This document shows positions 28,941 to 44,548 of a stretch of DNA of 64,000 nt, piece by piece. This stretch comes from the human T2T-CHM13v2.0 reference genome, Homo sapiens. Made by a program: the position numbers and the translations under genes. The notes under the pieces were generated by a model. That model searched no databases. It had not been told where the DNA came from and worked only from the letters and a program-made list of their open reading frames with translations. How positions within the stretch are numbered: position 1 is the first letter of the stretch; every line of letters starts with the position of its first letter. The stretch lies in the NCBI RefSeq assembly GCF_009914755.1, contig NC_060932.1. One strand, 5' to 3'.

Positions 28941-30244
28941 CAGACCCACAAGAGTCTTAAGCCAGAATCTTCATGTTAAAATGCTTTCTGGAGGCTAAAA
29001 GGATGATATGTTGATAATGAAATATTTAAAAGACAGAAACCCCACTGAATTGTTTGGTCCACAGAGGGTAATGGGAATCGCATGACCTGAAGCATGATGG
29101 AGGAACTGAATAGAAACCATCCTTGTTTCCTGAATCTGAACATGGTACCCTCTTTTCACGGTGTCTGTATCTGCTCAGTCTAGCGGCCCCTCGAAAAGAG
29201 GGAATCTTGATTTTCAAACTTAAAATTTGGCCCAAAGCCCACTGCTGCCCACAATGCCCGCCAGACACATTCCTCTTCCTTTTTAGTTTCTATGGGAATA
29301 CTCTTTCTGAAGAACCCATGAAGCAGTGTCAGGCTGGTACGAGGATCAGCAGTGATTTCTTTGAGGAGGAGAGCCCGTTTCTTCACTCACAGGCCATGTC
29401 TGAGTGGATCAAGAAGAACAGAGTGCCCTTTTATGAGATTTTGTCTGCGTAGACCACTAGCTTGGTAAAAATGTCAAAACCATCCTCGTTCCTTAATAGC
29501 AGATTATTTTGGACTTTTCTCTGTAAGAAGCAGCATGGGCATTCAGATGCTTTTAAGGATAAAATGTTCTTTCTCATCACCAGGCCTGGTGCTCAGGATG
29601 GCTGAGGTTTTAATGTGACTTGGTGTCCCTTGGAGTGGCTCCCAGGGTGTGATCTTGTGGTTGGGTGGCAAGGGGTTGCTTTATTCGATGGTGTCTAGAG
29701 GATGTTTTAGTAGATAAATCGGGACCCCAGGAGCCCCTGTGTTGCAAGTCCTGCTGCAGGGCATGTGTTTATAGTGGGGATGTGGGGGGGTGGAGGGTGG
29801 GGGGCATTGATTTCCTGCCAATATCAGAAGTTTCACAGGCTTCTTGTGTATCCACAAACACCGACCCCATTGAGAAGGCCTAGAAAACCTAGCCCTCCCC
29901 AAGCCTTTGTTGACAACTTGTGAATGATCCCAAGGTGTGTCTGACCCACAGCTCCTCCTGGAGGGAGAGAAAAGTCTCTCCTAGATATTTGGTTATCAAC
30001 CTCAACCACTTGCTGAGCCTTCCCCAAGACCAGGCATCTTGTCAGAGATTTCTGGGTTGTCAGGCAGAACCGAGCATTCAAGGGTAATAACTCACTGGAG
30101 TCCCTGAAATCCTTGATGGACGCACCAGTTGAAAGCATCCAGGGTTGAAACCAGATCAGGAAGGTTATTCTCAGCTTGGGGCTCCTGCAGAGGGCTTCCT
30201 GCAGAGGTGCATCCACGTTGCAGGGATTTCCCTTCCTGCTGAGG

Positions 30245-30440
30245 AGAAACCTGGGTTTCTCAGCTTTGGCACAGTCACAACATTTGGGGTCAGACCATTC
30301 ATGGTGGTGGTGGTGGGGGGGGCTGTCCTGTGTATTGTAAGATGGTTAGCAGCATCTGTGGTCTCCATCCTCTAGGTACCATTCTACCCTCCCAGTTATG
30401 GCTACCCCAGATGTCTCCAGACGGTTTCAAATGCCGTGGA
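30245..30440. mobile_element. MER20-like DNA transposon
   Basis: TTTCTCAGCTTTGGCACA...GTCCTGTGTATTGTAAGATGGTTAGCAGCATC...ATGTCTCCAGAC. Confidence 0.7.
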
Positions 30441-30701
30441 GCAAGGGAGTTGTATGTGAGCCAAACCACTCCAGTTGACAGCCATTGGTCTACACTTGTG
30501 GAAATGTTTGAGGGTGAGAGTGTCAAGCTTGGGTCCCTGCTGTACTCTTTATCAGCAATGCAGTCTTGGAAAATTAATACAACTCCAGGGGCCTCAGGTT
30601 TCTCATCTATGAAATGGAGATAAATGAGATACACTTTCATAGGAAGGTTACATGGGATTTACTGAGATAATAAGACAGTACATTGAAAATGCTGGGCATA
30701 G

Positions 30702-31008
<307 letters not shown>

Positions 31009-32344
31009 TGGGCATAGCATTGTAACACAGACAAAGCACAAAATACTTGGGCAATATGTTTCTACATTTGGGTTGTCTAGACTCCATCCTCCATCCCCTC
31101 ATGTACTGGTGTGGTGCAGAGCAGAATATCACCCACCTAGACTGCAGAGTGGATTTGGGTGGCATCTTGGCTTTCTGCACAAGACTTGCCTGTTCCCCAC
31201 CATGTCCCCCTGGTTCTCAGGGTCCAGGATTCCAGGAAGCAGGGATGTGGACAGGCAGGGCAGGTGGCCCACCCAGTTCACTCCCACGCTGGGGACCTGC
31301 AGAGCCAGCTCCCTGAGACAGGGTGTTTGGACCAACATCTGGGTTTCTGGATTTCCATTTGAGCACAGCTGGACTACACAGGCTGAAGCTCTCTCTGCCG
31401 AGATATAGATATTTCCCTGGTGACGATCTTTCAAGCTGACATGAAGACATGGCCACCTGCTGGAACGTGTTGTGTCTGCTGTGGCGCTCTTGTAATTTGT
31501 GGGGTAGGCTCCTGAGGAATGCAGTGTGTAAGTGGGAAATGGTGGGAAGTTCTCGCATCCTCCCCTGGCCAAAAGTGCTGCCTGCACAGGTTGGTGGATG
31601 GTCCTTTGAGCAGGAAGAAGACATGAAGCCATTCCTGTTAGCTACGACAGAGAGGGGCAGGGTACACACTGGACATTTCGAGCCCATCCAGAGAAGCAAG
31701 TCTTACTATGCTGGGAGTACTTTGGAATGGGGGCTGTGTTGCCCTGGGCTTTAATTATTTCAGGAACATTTAACCACAGGGCTGGCAGGCTGGATCTTGA
31801 TATGTGTTTCTCAGTTGGAAAGACTTTGGACCATAGGGAGATGTCTTCTCAATTATTTTAATTTCATTATGGTTATCATTTTTCTTCTCGTGGCCTCTGG
31901 ATTGTGACACAGAACTCAAGGGACAGGAGGGAGATGAGTTGGAGGCTGGGACAGGGGTCCCTGCCAGGGATGCTGGTGACTCACATGACGGTACTGATGT
32001 GTGGAGTCCGGTGCCTGGTTTGGGGAATGTTCGTGGGATATGTTCCAAAGGACTGGCAGACCTATCAGGTACTGGAGGTGAATGGTCAGGTCTGATCTCA
32101 GGGCTGGCAGTGTCAGGCAAGGACAGGAAATTGACGTTGGACTCATTGGCTGAGGTTGCTTGGGACCCAGGGGGCAATGTGTGCCAGGACAGATGGGTCT
32201 GGGGCTAGAAAGGCAGATTTGGGCTGGATACTCGGGCTTGGGAGGCATCCCAGGTAGATAGTGGTTGAGGCTGTGGAAATGACCGCAATTGCCTGGGATG
32301 AGCATGGAGACAGACAAGATGGGGGTTTTGCTTTAAGCCTGGGG

Positions 32345-32555
32345 AGCCCACCTCCCAGGTTCAAGCGATTCTCCTGCCTCAGCCTCCCAAGTAGCTGGGA
32401 ATGCAGGTGTGCACCACCATGCCTGAGTAACTTTTGTATTTTTAGTAGAGATGAGGTTTAGCCAGGCTGGTCTCAAACTCCTGATTTCAAGTGATCGGCC
32501 CACCTTGGCCTCCCAAAGTGCTGGGACTACAGACATGAGCCACCATGCCTGACCA
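32345..32555 (-). mobile_element. Alu, partial
   Basis: Antisense Alu lacking the tail portion. Confidence 0.8.
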
Positions 32556-32784
32556 TTTTTAAATATTAATTGTTATGAAATATTTTCAAGCACATTTTAC
32601 TATACATTGGAAAAGTCAATCATGATTTGAAAACTTCATCAAAATCCAATCAAATCTCAATTAACCATTTAATTGTGGATAGGTAAGGAGACTATTTTGA
32701 CCAAAACATATTAGAACAATTAACACTTATAGATATAATCTATGTTTTAATGTTTTAGTTGAATTAAACCATCTTTTATATTCT

Positions 32785-33082
<298 letters not shown>

Positions 33083-33149
33083 ACAATAGAATTCTGAATT
33101 TTATTTTTAATAATTATTTTTGTAAAGAGAATGTCTTGTTTTTTGGAGT

Positions 33150-33962
33150 TGTTGAATTTATTGAATTGGCAACAATTATGTACAAAAGGGTATACAACAT
33201 GATGTGATTGATGTATGTATACATTATGAAATGGCTAAATCAAGGTAAATAACATATCACCTCCCAGACTTATTTTTTTGTGGTGAGAACACTTAAAAAA
33301 TCTACTCTCTTAGTGATTCCCAAGTGTATGATATGTTGTTATTAACTATAGGTACCATGTTGTCCCACGGATCTCCTGAATTTATTCTTCTCTAAAAATG
33401 ACATTCTGTGTCCTTTGGCATCTGCCCACTTCCCCACTCTGGCAACCATCATTCTACTCCGCTTCTATGAATTCAACTTTTTTCTTTTCTTTTTCTTTCT
33501 TTTTTTTGAGACAGTCTCCTTCTATTGCCCAGGCTGTAGTGCAGGGGTGTGATCTTGGCTCACTGCAGCCTTGACGTCCCAAGTTCAATCAATCCTCCCA
33601 CCTCAGCCTCCTGAGTATCTGGGAGTACAGGCATGCACTACCATGCTCCAATAATTTTTGTATTTTTTGTAGAGATGGGCTATTGCTATGTTATGCAGGC
33701 TGGTCTCGAACTCCTGTGCTCAAGCAATCTGCCGGCCTCAACCTCCAAAGTGCTGGGATTACAGGCATGAGCCACCATGCCTGGCTGAGTTCAACTTTTT
33801 TAGATTCCACATGTAAGTGAGATAATGTGGTATTTGTTGTTCTGTGCCTGGCTTATTTCACTTAACATAATATCCTCCAGGCTCATCCATGTTGTCTCAA
33901 ATGGCAGGATTTCCTTCTTTTTGAAGGCTGAATAGTATTCCATTGTGTATATACACCACATT
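33150..33962 (-). mobile_element. L1MA-type 3' end interrupted by an AluJ-like element (33478-33786, -)
   Basis: TTAGATTCCACATGTAAGTGAGAT L1 motif; Alu TSD TGA(A/G)TTCAACTTTTTT. Confidence 0.85.
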
Positions 33963-34359
33963 GTTGCTGGAAGTTTAATGGAGGCCAGTTGGGGGAGGAG
34001 GGGGAGAAGATTCACTCTAAGTCTAGATGCTCCAGCACCCACCCAGGATGTGTGCAAGGAAGTGCAGGATGCTCCTGGTCTTGCAAACTGTGGTTTGTGG
34101 GACTCCAAAGCCCCTATCCTTCCACGATGCTTTCTGTCCTGTTATCACATTTCCTTGGAGGAGAACCCCGCCTTGGTGGAGAGCCCTGCTCTGGCTTTGT
34201 CCCTCGGCATGAGATGGCAAAGGATGGTGCCGCTGGGAGACCCTCACGTCTGCATACTGGGGGCTGTTTGCCTTCTCCATTCCTCCTTCAAGTATCTGAG
34301 CAGCTCCTGTGTGCCAGCTGCTGGTCTACAAGACGGATCGGTCCTTGGAGATCACGCTG

Positions 34360-34570
34360 TAGCAGAGGAGGCAGGCTGTAGCCCACAGGCCAGAACCAGC
34401 TCCCTGCCTGTTCATACATATAAAGTTTTATTGGAACACAGCCACACCCATTTCAGTGCATATTGTCTGTGGCTGCTTTCCTGCTACAATGGAGAGTTGA
34501 ATAGTTGGGACAGAGACCTATGGCCTGCAAAGCTGAACTATTTACCATCTGGCTCTCAAGAAAAAGGAAA
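34360..34570. mobile_element. MER58-like DNA transposon
   Basis: TAAAGTTTTATTGGAACACAGCCACACCCATT...GACAGAGACCTATGGCCTGCAAAGC. Confidence 0.75.
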
Positions 34571-35381
34571 AAAAATGCTTATCTTTGTACCCCGACAGTC
34601 TTAGATTAAGAGGACTTTGTACCACCCTGACGTCCCAGGCGGCCATGAGTCCAGCCACCCCTGAAATGTACACAAGTCTGGGCTAGGGTTGCAGCAGATG
34701 AGTCCCAATTTTGCAGATCTTTGGTATCAGGGGCACAACCCAGGATTTTGAGTGGGGTTTCCTCATCACTGTGGCTGGGCACTGGGCTAGTGTGCTTTCT
34801 GATTTTTGTATGGGGAAGAGAAAGGAGGGAGGAAATGGCAACTTGTTGCCCTGTTCTAACGTTTTCCTAGGATGGGTCTCCAGGCAAGGGCTTGGGATCT
34901 CACCTTGCACAGCTTACAAAACCCAGTGAGGCCGGCTGTCTTGGCGCTGCCACTCTGAGGGATGGAGTTCCCAAATGACTAGGAAGGGAGATAAAAGAAT
35001 GGTTTCTGCAAGCACAAGAAGTGGCGTTATTGAAATTAACATTTCCCCCAAGTTTTACAATGTCTAGGCATGCATATTTAAGTGTCTGCCTCAAAAGCTT
35101 TTGCTAATAACCAGATGGTGCATTTAATTTCCTTTTTTTGTTCTCTGAGCAACTTGCAGCTTCCTGCACAGCCCTACTTGCAGGCAACTGCACTGAGGTG
35201 ACAGTCCTCCTGACTGCCAGCACAGATCCCCAGGGCCTCTGAGGGCCCTGTATTCTGGGGTCAGCCTTTCCCCCTTCTATTTGGCCCCAGCTGGAGGGGG
35301 GCAGATTACCCACATCCCAGCACAGGGCTCCTGCCTTAGCTTCTCTAGGGAGTCTGGCTCCCTCTGACCCTCTAGACCTCA

Positions 35382-35951
<570 letters not shown>

Positions 35952-36445
35952 TTAACCTGTTCCAGGTGAGGCTGGGCTTTGTGTATTTTCCTTGTTTTCC
36001 TTTTCCTTGTGTTCAGGCTGTTGTAGAAAGAGGTACACAGGGGCTCTGTGTGGTGCCCTGTTCTGGTGGCCTTCAGGAAGCATGGGGTGCCCTGGTTTCC
36101 TTGGCTTCGTGTCCCCCTTTCCTCCTGCTACCCCTGACTGTGCACCCGACCTTATCCCTCAGACCATCCTCCTAAAGGGGCCTGGCCAGGGCTAGTGTCC
36201 TTGCTAGTCTCTAGGAAGGAAGACTCTGTGGCTTGAAAGCTTGTTGGCTTAAGTTGCAAGGTGTAGGTGCCTGGGAGGGCATGTGCATGGCCCTTTGACT
36301 GATCCATTCATGTTTTTCTTTTTTGACTCTGTTCTATGTTGTCCTGATGGAGGGGTAAGCCCCTGCCTTCTGCCTTTCCTGCCTTGGACTCTTGCAATTG
36401 GACCAGATGAGAGGGTCCATGTGGTCTGAGAATTCAAGCAATGCA

Positions 36446-36785
36446 GGCCAGGCATGGTGGCTCACACCTGTTATCTCAGCACTTTTGGAGGCCAAGGCGG
36501 GTGGGCCAGGAGTTTGAGACCAGCTTGGCCAAAATAGTGAAACGCTGTCTCTACAAAAAATACAAAAGTTAGCCGGGCTTGATGGTGCGCACCTGTAATC
36601 CTAGTTATTTGGGAGGCTGAGGCAAGAGAATCACTGGAACCCAGAAGGAGCAAGTTGCAGTGAGGAGCAGGTTGCAGTGAGGAGGAAGTTGCGGTGAGGA
36701 GGAGGTTGCAGTGAGGAGGAGGTTGCAGTGAGCCGAGATTGTGTCCCTGGACTCCAGACTGGGCAATAGAGTGAGTCTATGTTTC

Positions 36786-36850
<65 letters not shown>
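36446..36850 (+). mobile_element. Alu with an internal 17-bp minisatellite and (TA)n tail
   Basis: Five GGAGGAGGTTGCAGTGA-like units at 36647-36731; (TA)n at 36789-36848. Confidence 0.88.
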
Positions 36851-36854
<4 letters not shown>

Positions 36855-36954
36855 AAAAACTGAACATCCTCTTGATTTGCTTTTCTTGGTCCTGCTTCTC
36901 AGAGGTAACACTGGGAAGGGTTGGGGTATACCTCTCCACACCTTTTTCTTTGAT

Positions 36955-37225
36955 TTCCTTTTATTTTTTATTCTATGTTTTGCAGAATGTGCAGGTTTGT
37001 TACATAGATATACATGTGTCATGGTGGTTTGCTGCACCTATCAACCCGTCATCTAGGTTTTAAGCCCTGCATGCATTAGGTATTTGTCCTAACGCTCTCC
37101 CTCCCCTTGTCCCCCACCCCCGACGGGCCCCGGTGTGTGATGTTCCCCTCCCTGTGTCCATGTGTTCTCATTGTTTAACTCCCACTTATGAGTGAGAACC
37201 CGCAGAGTTTGGTTTTCTGTTCCTG
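36955..37225 (-). mobile_element. L1PA 3' end
   Basis: GTGCAGGTTTGTTACATAG...TTCCCCTCCCTGTGTCCATGTGTTCTCATTG. Confidence 0.85.
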
Positions 37226-38599
37226 TCCACACCTTTTTCCTCTGTGCACACAAGCACATGTATTTGCATATAAGTGTTTATTGTAACTTTTTTAAAAAGT
37301 AAAAATGGAATAATGCCGTATTTATTCTTTGGAAAGCCTGCTTTTCAGGCAGCATGTCTTTGACATTGTCTCACGTTGGAACCTGGGTACCACCTTCTTC
37401 TCCCAGCAGTTATTCTGACGTGTGGATGCACCTTGCTTCATTTAACCAGCCCTGCACCGATACGTCTTTGGATGGTTTCCGCCTTTTCCCAATCACAGAC
37501 GGTGTTCTGATGAATTTCCTTACACACATCACTTGGTGCTCTGTGCCTGCATTTCTGTGAGATGTTCCTGGAGGTGGGCTGTCTAGGTCAGAGGGGGATC
37601 TGTGCTTAATTTGCATCCTGTGCAAAATTCCATCCAGTCATCCGGCTCCCCAAGGGCTCACATGGTACTGTCCTCTGTAGACATCATCTTCTGCAGATGA
37701 TGGCACGACCGCCTCTCTTTCTTTTACTCACACCAGTTTGCATCCTGGTGTCCTGGGGGTTCCAGCCCCTACGTGCTTGTCTGCCCTCACCGCACAGTCC
37801 CCCCAGCCCCTGCTAACAGGTATTCAGGCTTCTGAGCTGTGGCAGACTGCCTCACTCTGGAGAAGTTTGCTTTCTCAAACATTCCTGGCAATGTTACTGC
37901 AATTCTCGAGGCCTGCATTTGCCGCCTTCAGGCCTCAGTTTCCTCAAAAGTAAAATGGGGATAATGTGATGCTACTGTCTGCATCCTAGAGCTGCCATGA
38001 GGGTTCAGTGAGATCACTGTTGAGAGCACGTTCACAGCGCCGGCCTTGTGCGCAGTCAGCACGTGTGGGGCAGGGCTGTTGCTGATACGTGGTTGACTGT
38101 CATTGCTAGACTGTGGCTTTACCAGGGGCATTGTCTTTAGTGCCGAGCCCAGAGCCACCTCTAGTACCTGCTGTGTTTATAGAGTGATTGAGTGTCAGGG
38201 TCAGAGACTGGGGCAATGGCAGCAGAAACAGAGGAAAGAAGTGGGGCTTCTAATAGGTCCTGCACCAGTGGCCCTTGAGATGAAGGCTTCTTGCCAAGGT
38301 CTGGGGCTGTGCTGTGTGTTCTAGGCCCGAGACTGGAAGCTAGGCCTGGCTGCAGCCCCGGCTTAGCTGGGGAAGTGCATGTCAGCATCCTGCTTCATTA
38401 GGACACCTCCAAGTCCAGCTTAGACCTGGATGCCAGGTGACCCTCTGTTTACTCTGAGCCCAGACAGAGGACAGGGAAATGTGCAAGGGTGGGGACCCTC
38501 ATCACAGCCCTTGACTCTGTAAGGCATATGGGTTTGTGCACGTGTGTGAGCACGGCCGTGGCTTTTCTGTGAGTTTCAAGCTCGAGGTTGTGTTTATGC

Positions 38600-38785
38600 A
38601 GGGTTAGGCTTGCCAGGTAACATACAGGAGGTCCAATTAAACATGAATTTCTCATTAACCTTTTTTTTTTTTTTTTTTTTTTGTGCAAATATATCCCATG
38701 CAATATTTGGGACCTGCTTACCCTAAAAAATGATTTGTTGTTTATCTGAAATTCAAGTTAAACTGGCATCCTGTCTTTTCACTTG
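38600..38785. mobile_element. MER53-like palindromic MITE
   Basis: TTGCCAGGTAACATACAGGA...GTTTATCTGAAATTCAAGTTAAACTGGCATCCTGT, imperfect inverted arms. Confidence 0.7.
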
Positions 38786-39479
38786 CTACGTATGAGAGTT
38801 CCGTGTGGGGGTTATCAGTGTGCATTTGTGAGTTCCCATGTGAAGGACTCTCTCCAAGTGTCTGTAGGTGCCAGGATGGAGATGGACAGAGAAGGTCCTC
38901 TTGGGCTGCTTTAGTGGCACCTAGAGGCTCTGGGGTTGGACACTTCAGCCCAGGGGCCTAGGCAGCACTGCCCAGCACCTGTGTGCTCCTGTCTTCTTCA
39001 TGGGGGCTGACTTCCCTGCCATCTCTCTCCAAATACGGTGGCAAGAGCTATCCCATCCGCCCCCATCTGGAGCTCAGCTGCCCAGCCAGACAAGATGGCA
39101 AACAGTGTGCAGATGGCTGCAAAGCTTTCCCCAGCTCTTTCTGCAAGGGGCCTACAGATGAAATGGAAGCCCTCATCCTCACCGCCTCCCCCTTCCAGAA
39201 AACCTAGGCAACAGCCACCTCTGAATGCTGCTTTAGAAGCTTCTCCCTGCTGGTGATTAAACCACCACAAACAAATAAAGCACTGCATTTCCACCATAGG
39301 CTTGTTCACATGCACGCAGCCAATTGTCTTGTATCAGCCTGTGTGCCTGATTCATCAGGGTGAGGGGTTCTCCTCTGAGGTGCTTGCAAAGAGCTGCTTG
39401 CAAAGAGCTGCTTAATTTTCATCTGAAAGGGCTTTGGAAGAAAGCCCTTTCTCCCCCTTTAGCAAATTCCGTGTCATTA

Positions 39480-39782
<303 letters not shown>

Positions 39783-41629
39783 GAATTCTGTGTCATTCTG
39801 GATACTTATCGTGACTTCAAGCATCCAGGACTCTGTCCTGGGTATCCTGAGCCTGAGGCTGTATGTGTGTCCAGCTGGCTTGGAGGTTGTCTACAGGCAG
39901 GTTGAACTTGGCCTCTGAGTCCATGGCAGCCTCACATGGGAAATACCACCAAGGAGTTTCATCCTGTGCTTTTAGGAGATAGTTTCTATTTAGTCATTGC
40001 TGAATCTGTTACAGACAGTGTCTCAGTTTCTTGCAAGTCCTCTATGAGGTGCGTGCTGTGATTATCCACATGTTCACTTGTTCTTTCTGGCCTCTTTCAG
40101 GCTCTTGCACTTCCTTTGCTCTTTTCCTGCCACGGGGCCTTTGCACATCCTGCTTTTTCTGCCTGGAACGATTTTCCCTCTCCCTACCTGTTCACCTGGT
40201 CATGGTCTCATCTGACAGTGGAGTCACTACATCCTCAGGGACACCTGGCCGCCACACTGACTCAGTCACAGCAACCCCCTGTTAACTGCTTTCATGACAC
40301 CAGATGTCATGAGCTCAGCTATGGCTTCCTATTTCTGTGCGTGTCATCCTTCCCCTTCAAGACTGTGGTCACCATGAGGGCCAGGGCCATGCCTGTTCCT
40401 GATTCTCATTTGTGTCTCTGGTGTTTAGTATATGCTCACCTAGAATTTGATTAATGAATGATGGCATAGCCATTTTACAGATGAGAAAGTTGAGGCTCAG
40501 GGACATTATGTAACTTGCTCGGTATTAGATAGTGATGGTTTGAAGCCATCTGGCTGGTCGCTGGGTGCACACTCTTAACCACTTCACTATGGTTCTTCTG
40601 TCATGGTAGTTCTCCAACAGCAGGAGTGAGAGACAACTTTAGGACAGGTGTAACCAGAATCCCAGGGGTTATCCTAGAAGGTGGTGTCAGGAACATGCTT
40701 GCCTATGGGCCTTCTTACTGTATTGCATAAAATACCCCGTTTTTCTGACTCGCCTTTAGTAAAGACCTTAGCAATATTTGAAGCACAGTTGTCAGTAAGA
40801 AAGGGTGGGTGTTTATACTTTTTTAAAAAGGAGTCTATATCATATTTATCTTGTGGTCTGCCATGCCCCCTGATCTTCCACAGCTTCAGTTATGCAAAAT
40901 TAACACTTCTTCTCTTGACTGCCTCTCTCTTACCTGTTCAGTTTCTTTTCTGTGTTCGAGATTGCTTAGAATTTTTCCCCATTACTACAGCCTGCTTCCC
41001 ACCTGTATCTCCCAGCCAACTTGTTCTGGATTTTGTCAACAACAGTTCCAGCGTTTAGTGAGGGCTGGACTGAAGGAAAGCCTTGGAAAAGGCTGTGTGA
41101 TGAATGGTGAAGACACTTAATGGGCAGACAGTCATCAGGGTTAATTCAAAGGCTGGAAGAAGGGCTGACCTGGAGGACTGGAAATGTCTTTGAGCTGAAG
41201 GTCATGTGCAGGTGGAACGAAGAGGGTGAGCCTTTTGGGGTGAACTGCAAGCATTTGATAAGATCCCTGTCCCCATGGTTGGGGAAGTCTTGATAAGCAA
41301 CCTCAATGGGATGGAGGGATCAAGGAACCCGTGACTCAACCTGTCCAGCATGGCAGCAACATGACACAGCCAAGTTATTGATTATTGGTTGCTCAGCTGT
41401 CATCACTCAACATCTTCTGTTAGTTATAGCTGTAATTTGCATTAGTTGTCAGTGCCAGTTTTGACTTTCCTAGTCAATAAAGTGTTCTGAGAGTGGCGAC
41501 TAAGGCTGAGCACTACCCATAATCATGAGTATTACAGAGGCAAGCCGCCTTGCCCACACACCTGCAGGTGATGACACACCCTAGGAAATCACTCAATTCT
41601 TTGGAGGACCCTGAATAAATGCTCAAGTC

Positions 41630-42110
41630 CATTTGTTCATCTGTCCATCCATCCATCCACCATTCCATCCATCCATGCATCCATCCATGCATCCATCCAT
41701 GCATCCATCCATCCATCCATCCATCCATCCATCCATCCATCCAGACACGCATACATCCATCCACACACCTACCTATCTGTCCACCCACCCACCCATCTAT
41801 CCATCCAACCCACTCTCTTATGCACGCAGCTATCATCCACCTACCCACCCACCAACCCATCTATCCATCCACTCACCCATGACTCTATCCACCTATTCAC
41901 TCATCTACCCATCTATCCACCCACCGGTCCATCCATTTATCTATCCCTCCACCCCCTCACCCACTCATCCATTTCTCCACCCACTCAGCCATCCCTTCAC
42001 CGAGTCAACCATCCATTCATTCATCCATCTGCCCACCCACCCATCTTTCCATCCACCCATCTATCCACCTACCCACCTACGTATCCATCCACTGCTTGTC
42101 CTTCTGTTCA
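41630..42110. repeat. (CCAT)n / (CCAC)n degenerate simple repeat
   Basis: Seen directly; accounts for the HPS-rich ORFs. Confidence 0.92.
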
Positions 42111-42164
42111 TTTATTCCACAAAGACTCATTAACCACCTACTAGATTCTGGGGAGGTATCTGTT

Positions 42165-42370
42165 CTAGTAATTGAGAACATGGTTTCTGGAATCTGATTC
42201 CCTGGGCTCAAATTGAGCTGCCTCCTAGCTAGCTGCTTGGGTAAGTTATAGAAACTGTGCTTTGATTTTCTTATCTGAAAATTGGCTATTAATAGCTTCT
42301 ACTCTTGCAGATATAGTGAGGATTAAATAAGATGACACATTAAAAGTGCATCATCGACACTCAATAGAGA
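42165..42370. mobile_element. MIR
   Basis: TGGGTAAGTTA...TTTCTTATCTGAAAATTGG...GTGAGGATTAAATAAGATGA. Confidence 0.7.
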
Positions 42371-43014
42371 TTAGGTTTTGCCATTCATTATTATTCTTGG
42401 CAGATGCTGCAGATAACGTGGAGAGCATATGAAAGACACAATGTTTGAACCAGTAGTGACATACAGGTGCTAAGTTCTGCAGTAGGGGAAGGGCAGAGAG
42501 CCATGGAGAGGGCGTGGCCCAATCTTGGAGCGTCAGAAAAAAGTTCCCCGTTGAATTGCTGTTTTAGCTGAGACTTGTGGGATGGGTAGTAGTTGGAGAT
42601 CCCAGACAGGAGGTGACCGAGTTAGCCAGGGAAAAATTGGGTCCTGGCACCCATGGCAGAGTTGAGTGATCCAGTCCTTCTGTCTCCTCTGGCTGGAAGT
42701 CCACCAGATCTGGGAATGTCCAGCTGGGGCAGTGGGCTGACAATGATCATGACCTTCACCTGTCCTCACATGTCCTCTGTGTATCTGCAAAGCCTCTGCC
42801 TCAGTCTCCTCTTCTGGAAAGTGGGATTGAAAACCACATCTGCTTCTCTCCCAGGACTGCTAGGAAGACAAGATTAGATGGCAGGTGAGAGCTCCTTGAA
42901 AATGAAAACATTCTGCTATTTGAATGCAAAGTGTTCTTCTTTGCCTGTGATGTTTCCTAATCTGTGAAATCACACTGGACCTCGAAGGTGTGTATTAAAA
43001 AAAAATAGCAAAGT

Positions 43015-43363
<349 letters not shown>

Positions 43364-44254
43364 CTAGGGGAGGCAATTTGTCAAATATTGTTGTTGGATT
43401 TTACACACAGGGAAATCTAAGGAAGGGTGGAAACCAGATCAGGAATCCAGACTCTCATCTCTCTGTTTACAGGGTCTTAAATGGGGGAGCCACTTTGGGT
43501 TCTTACCACAAGATTGCTTTGTAAAAAAAACAAGAAACAAACAAACAAACAAAATGCTCAAAAAAACAGCCCTGACCTAAATATTCACAAGGGACCTTAG
43601 GCAATATCTGCAAACAAAAGTGAGTGATGAGTGGAATCTGTCGTCTTTACAACTAAGACAGCTCCAGAGTTGAAGCAAGTGGAAACATCTCTAGAGACAG
43701 AGATTTGGGCGGGTTTTGCCAGTTAAAAGCTATGAGAACCTGGGCAGGTTTACCTCTCTGAGCTTCTGTGACCTTGTAAAATAGGCTGCATTGCGCTAAA
43801 TGTGCAGGAGGAATCCCAGCATCCTCCTGTGCACAAGGCTGGTTTCTTCCCATCCTTTTCCTTGTTCTGCCTCTCTCCTCCTCTCCAAGAGACGAATACA
43901 TTTGGGCCCAGTAGGGACCTATGTTTGCAAAAGCTCGCAGGCGATTCTCATGCAGACAGCCTGGCTCTGGCACTGAGTTCTTGGACACTTCTGGAGGCAC
44001 ATTTACTAGTGAGGAAGATCACTGTGTGCTGAAGGCATGACTCATCTTCCATTCCTTTCTTCCATAAAGCAAGGCGCATGGGTCGACTGAGCTGGGAGAG
44101 TCCACGGTGTCAGCCTCCCCCACGCTTCCCTCCCTCCTTATTCCTTGTGTGCTGTACTTTGTCTTGATTTCCTGTACTCTGCACCAAGCCAGGAGATGGT
44201 AAGCTCTCAAAAAAATCATTTTTTTGGGAAATGGGATCAAGAGGGTTTTGGTTT

Positions 44255-44548
44255 GCTTGTTTGTTTGTTTGAGACAGGGTCTGTCGCCCAGGCTGGAGTG
44301 CAGTGTCATGACCTTGCTCACTGCAGCCTTGACCTTCTGGGCTCAGGTGATCCTCCCTCCTCAGCCTCCTGAGTAGCTGGGACTGCAGGTGCACACCACC
44401 ATGCCTGACTGATTTGTCTATTTTTTGTAGAGATGAGGATTCACCATGTTGCCTAGGCTGGTCTCAAACTCCTGGGCTCAAGCAGTCCTCCATCCACCTT
44501 GGCCTCCCAAAGTGCTGAGATTACAGGCATGAGCTTCTCTGCCTGGCC
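44255..44548 (-). mobile_element. Alu (J-type)
   Basis: Antisense dimer. Confidence 0.85.

Noticed and set aside
33945-34604. 219-aa ORF
   Set aside because: Starts in L1 and ends in a MER58-like element; no recognisable homology
39382-39414. Short tandem duplication TGCTTGCAAAGAGC x2
   Set aside because: Ordinary slippage event with no sign of function
41513-42133. His/Pro/Ser- and WMDG-repeat ORFs
   Set aside because: Translation of the (CCAT)n repeat
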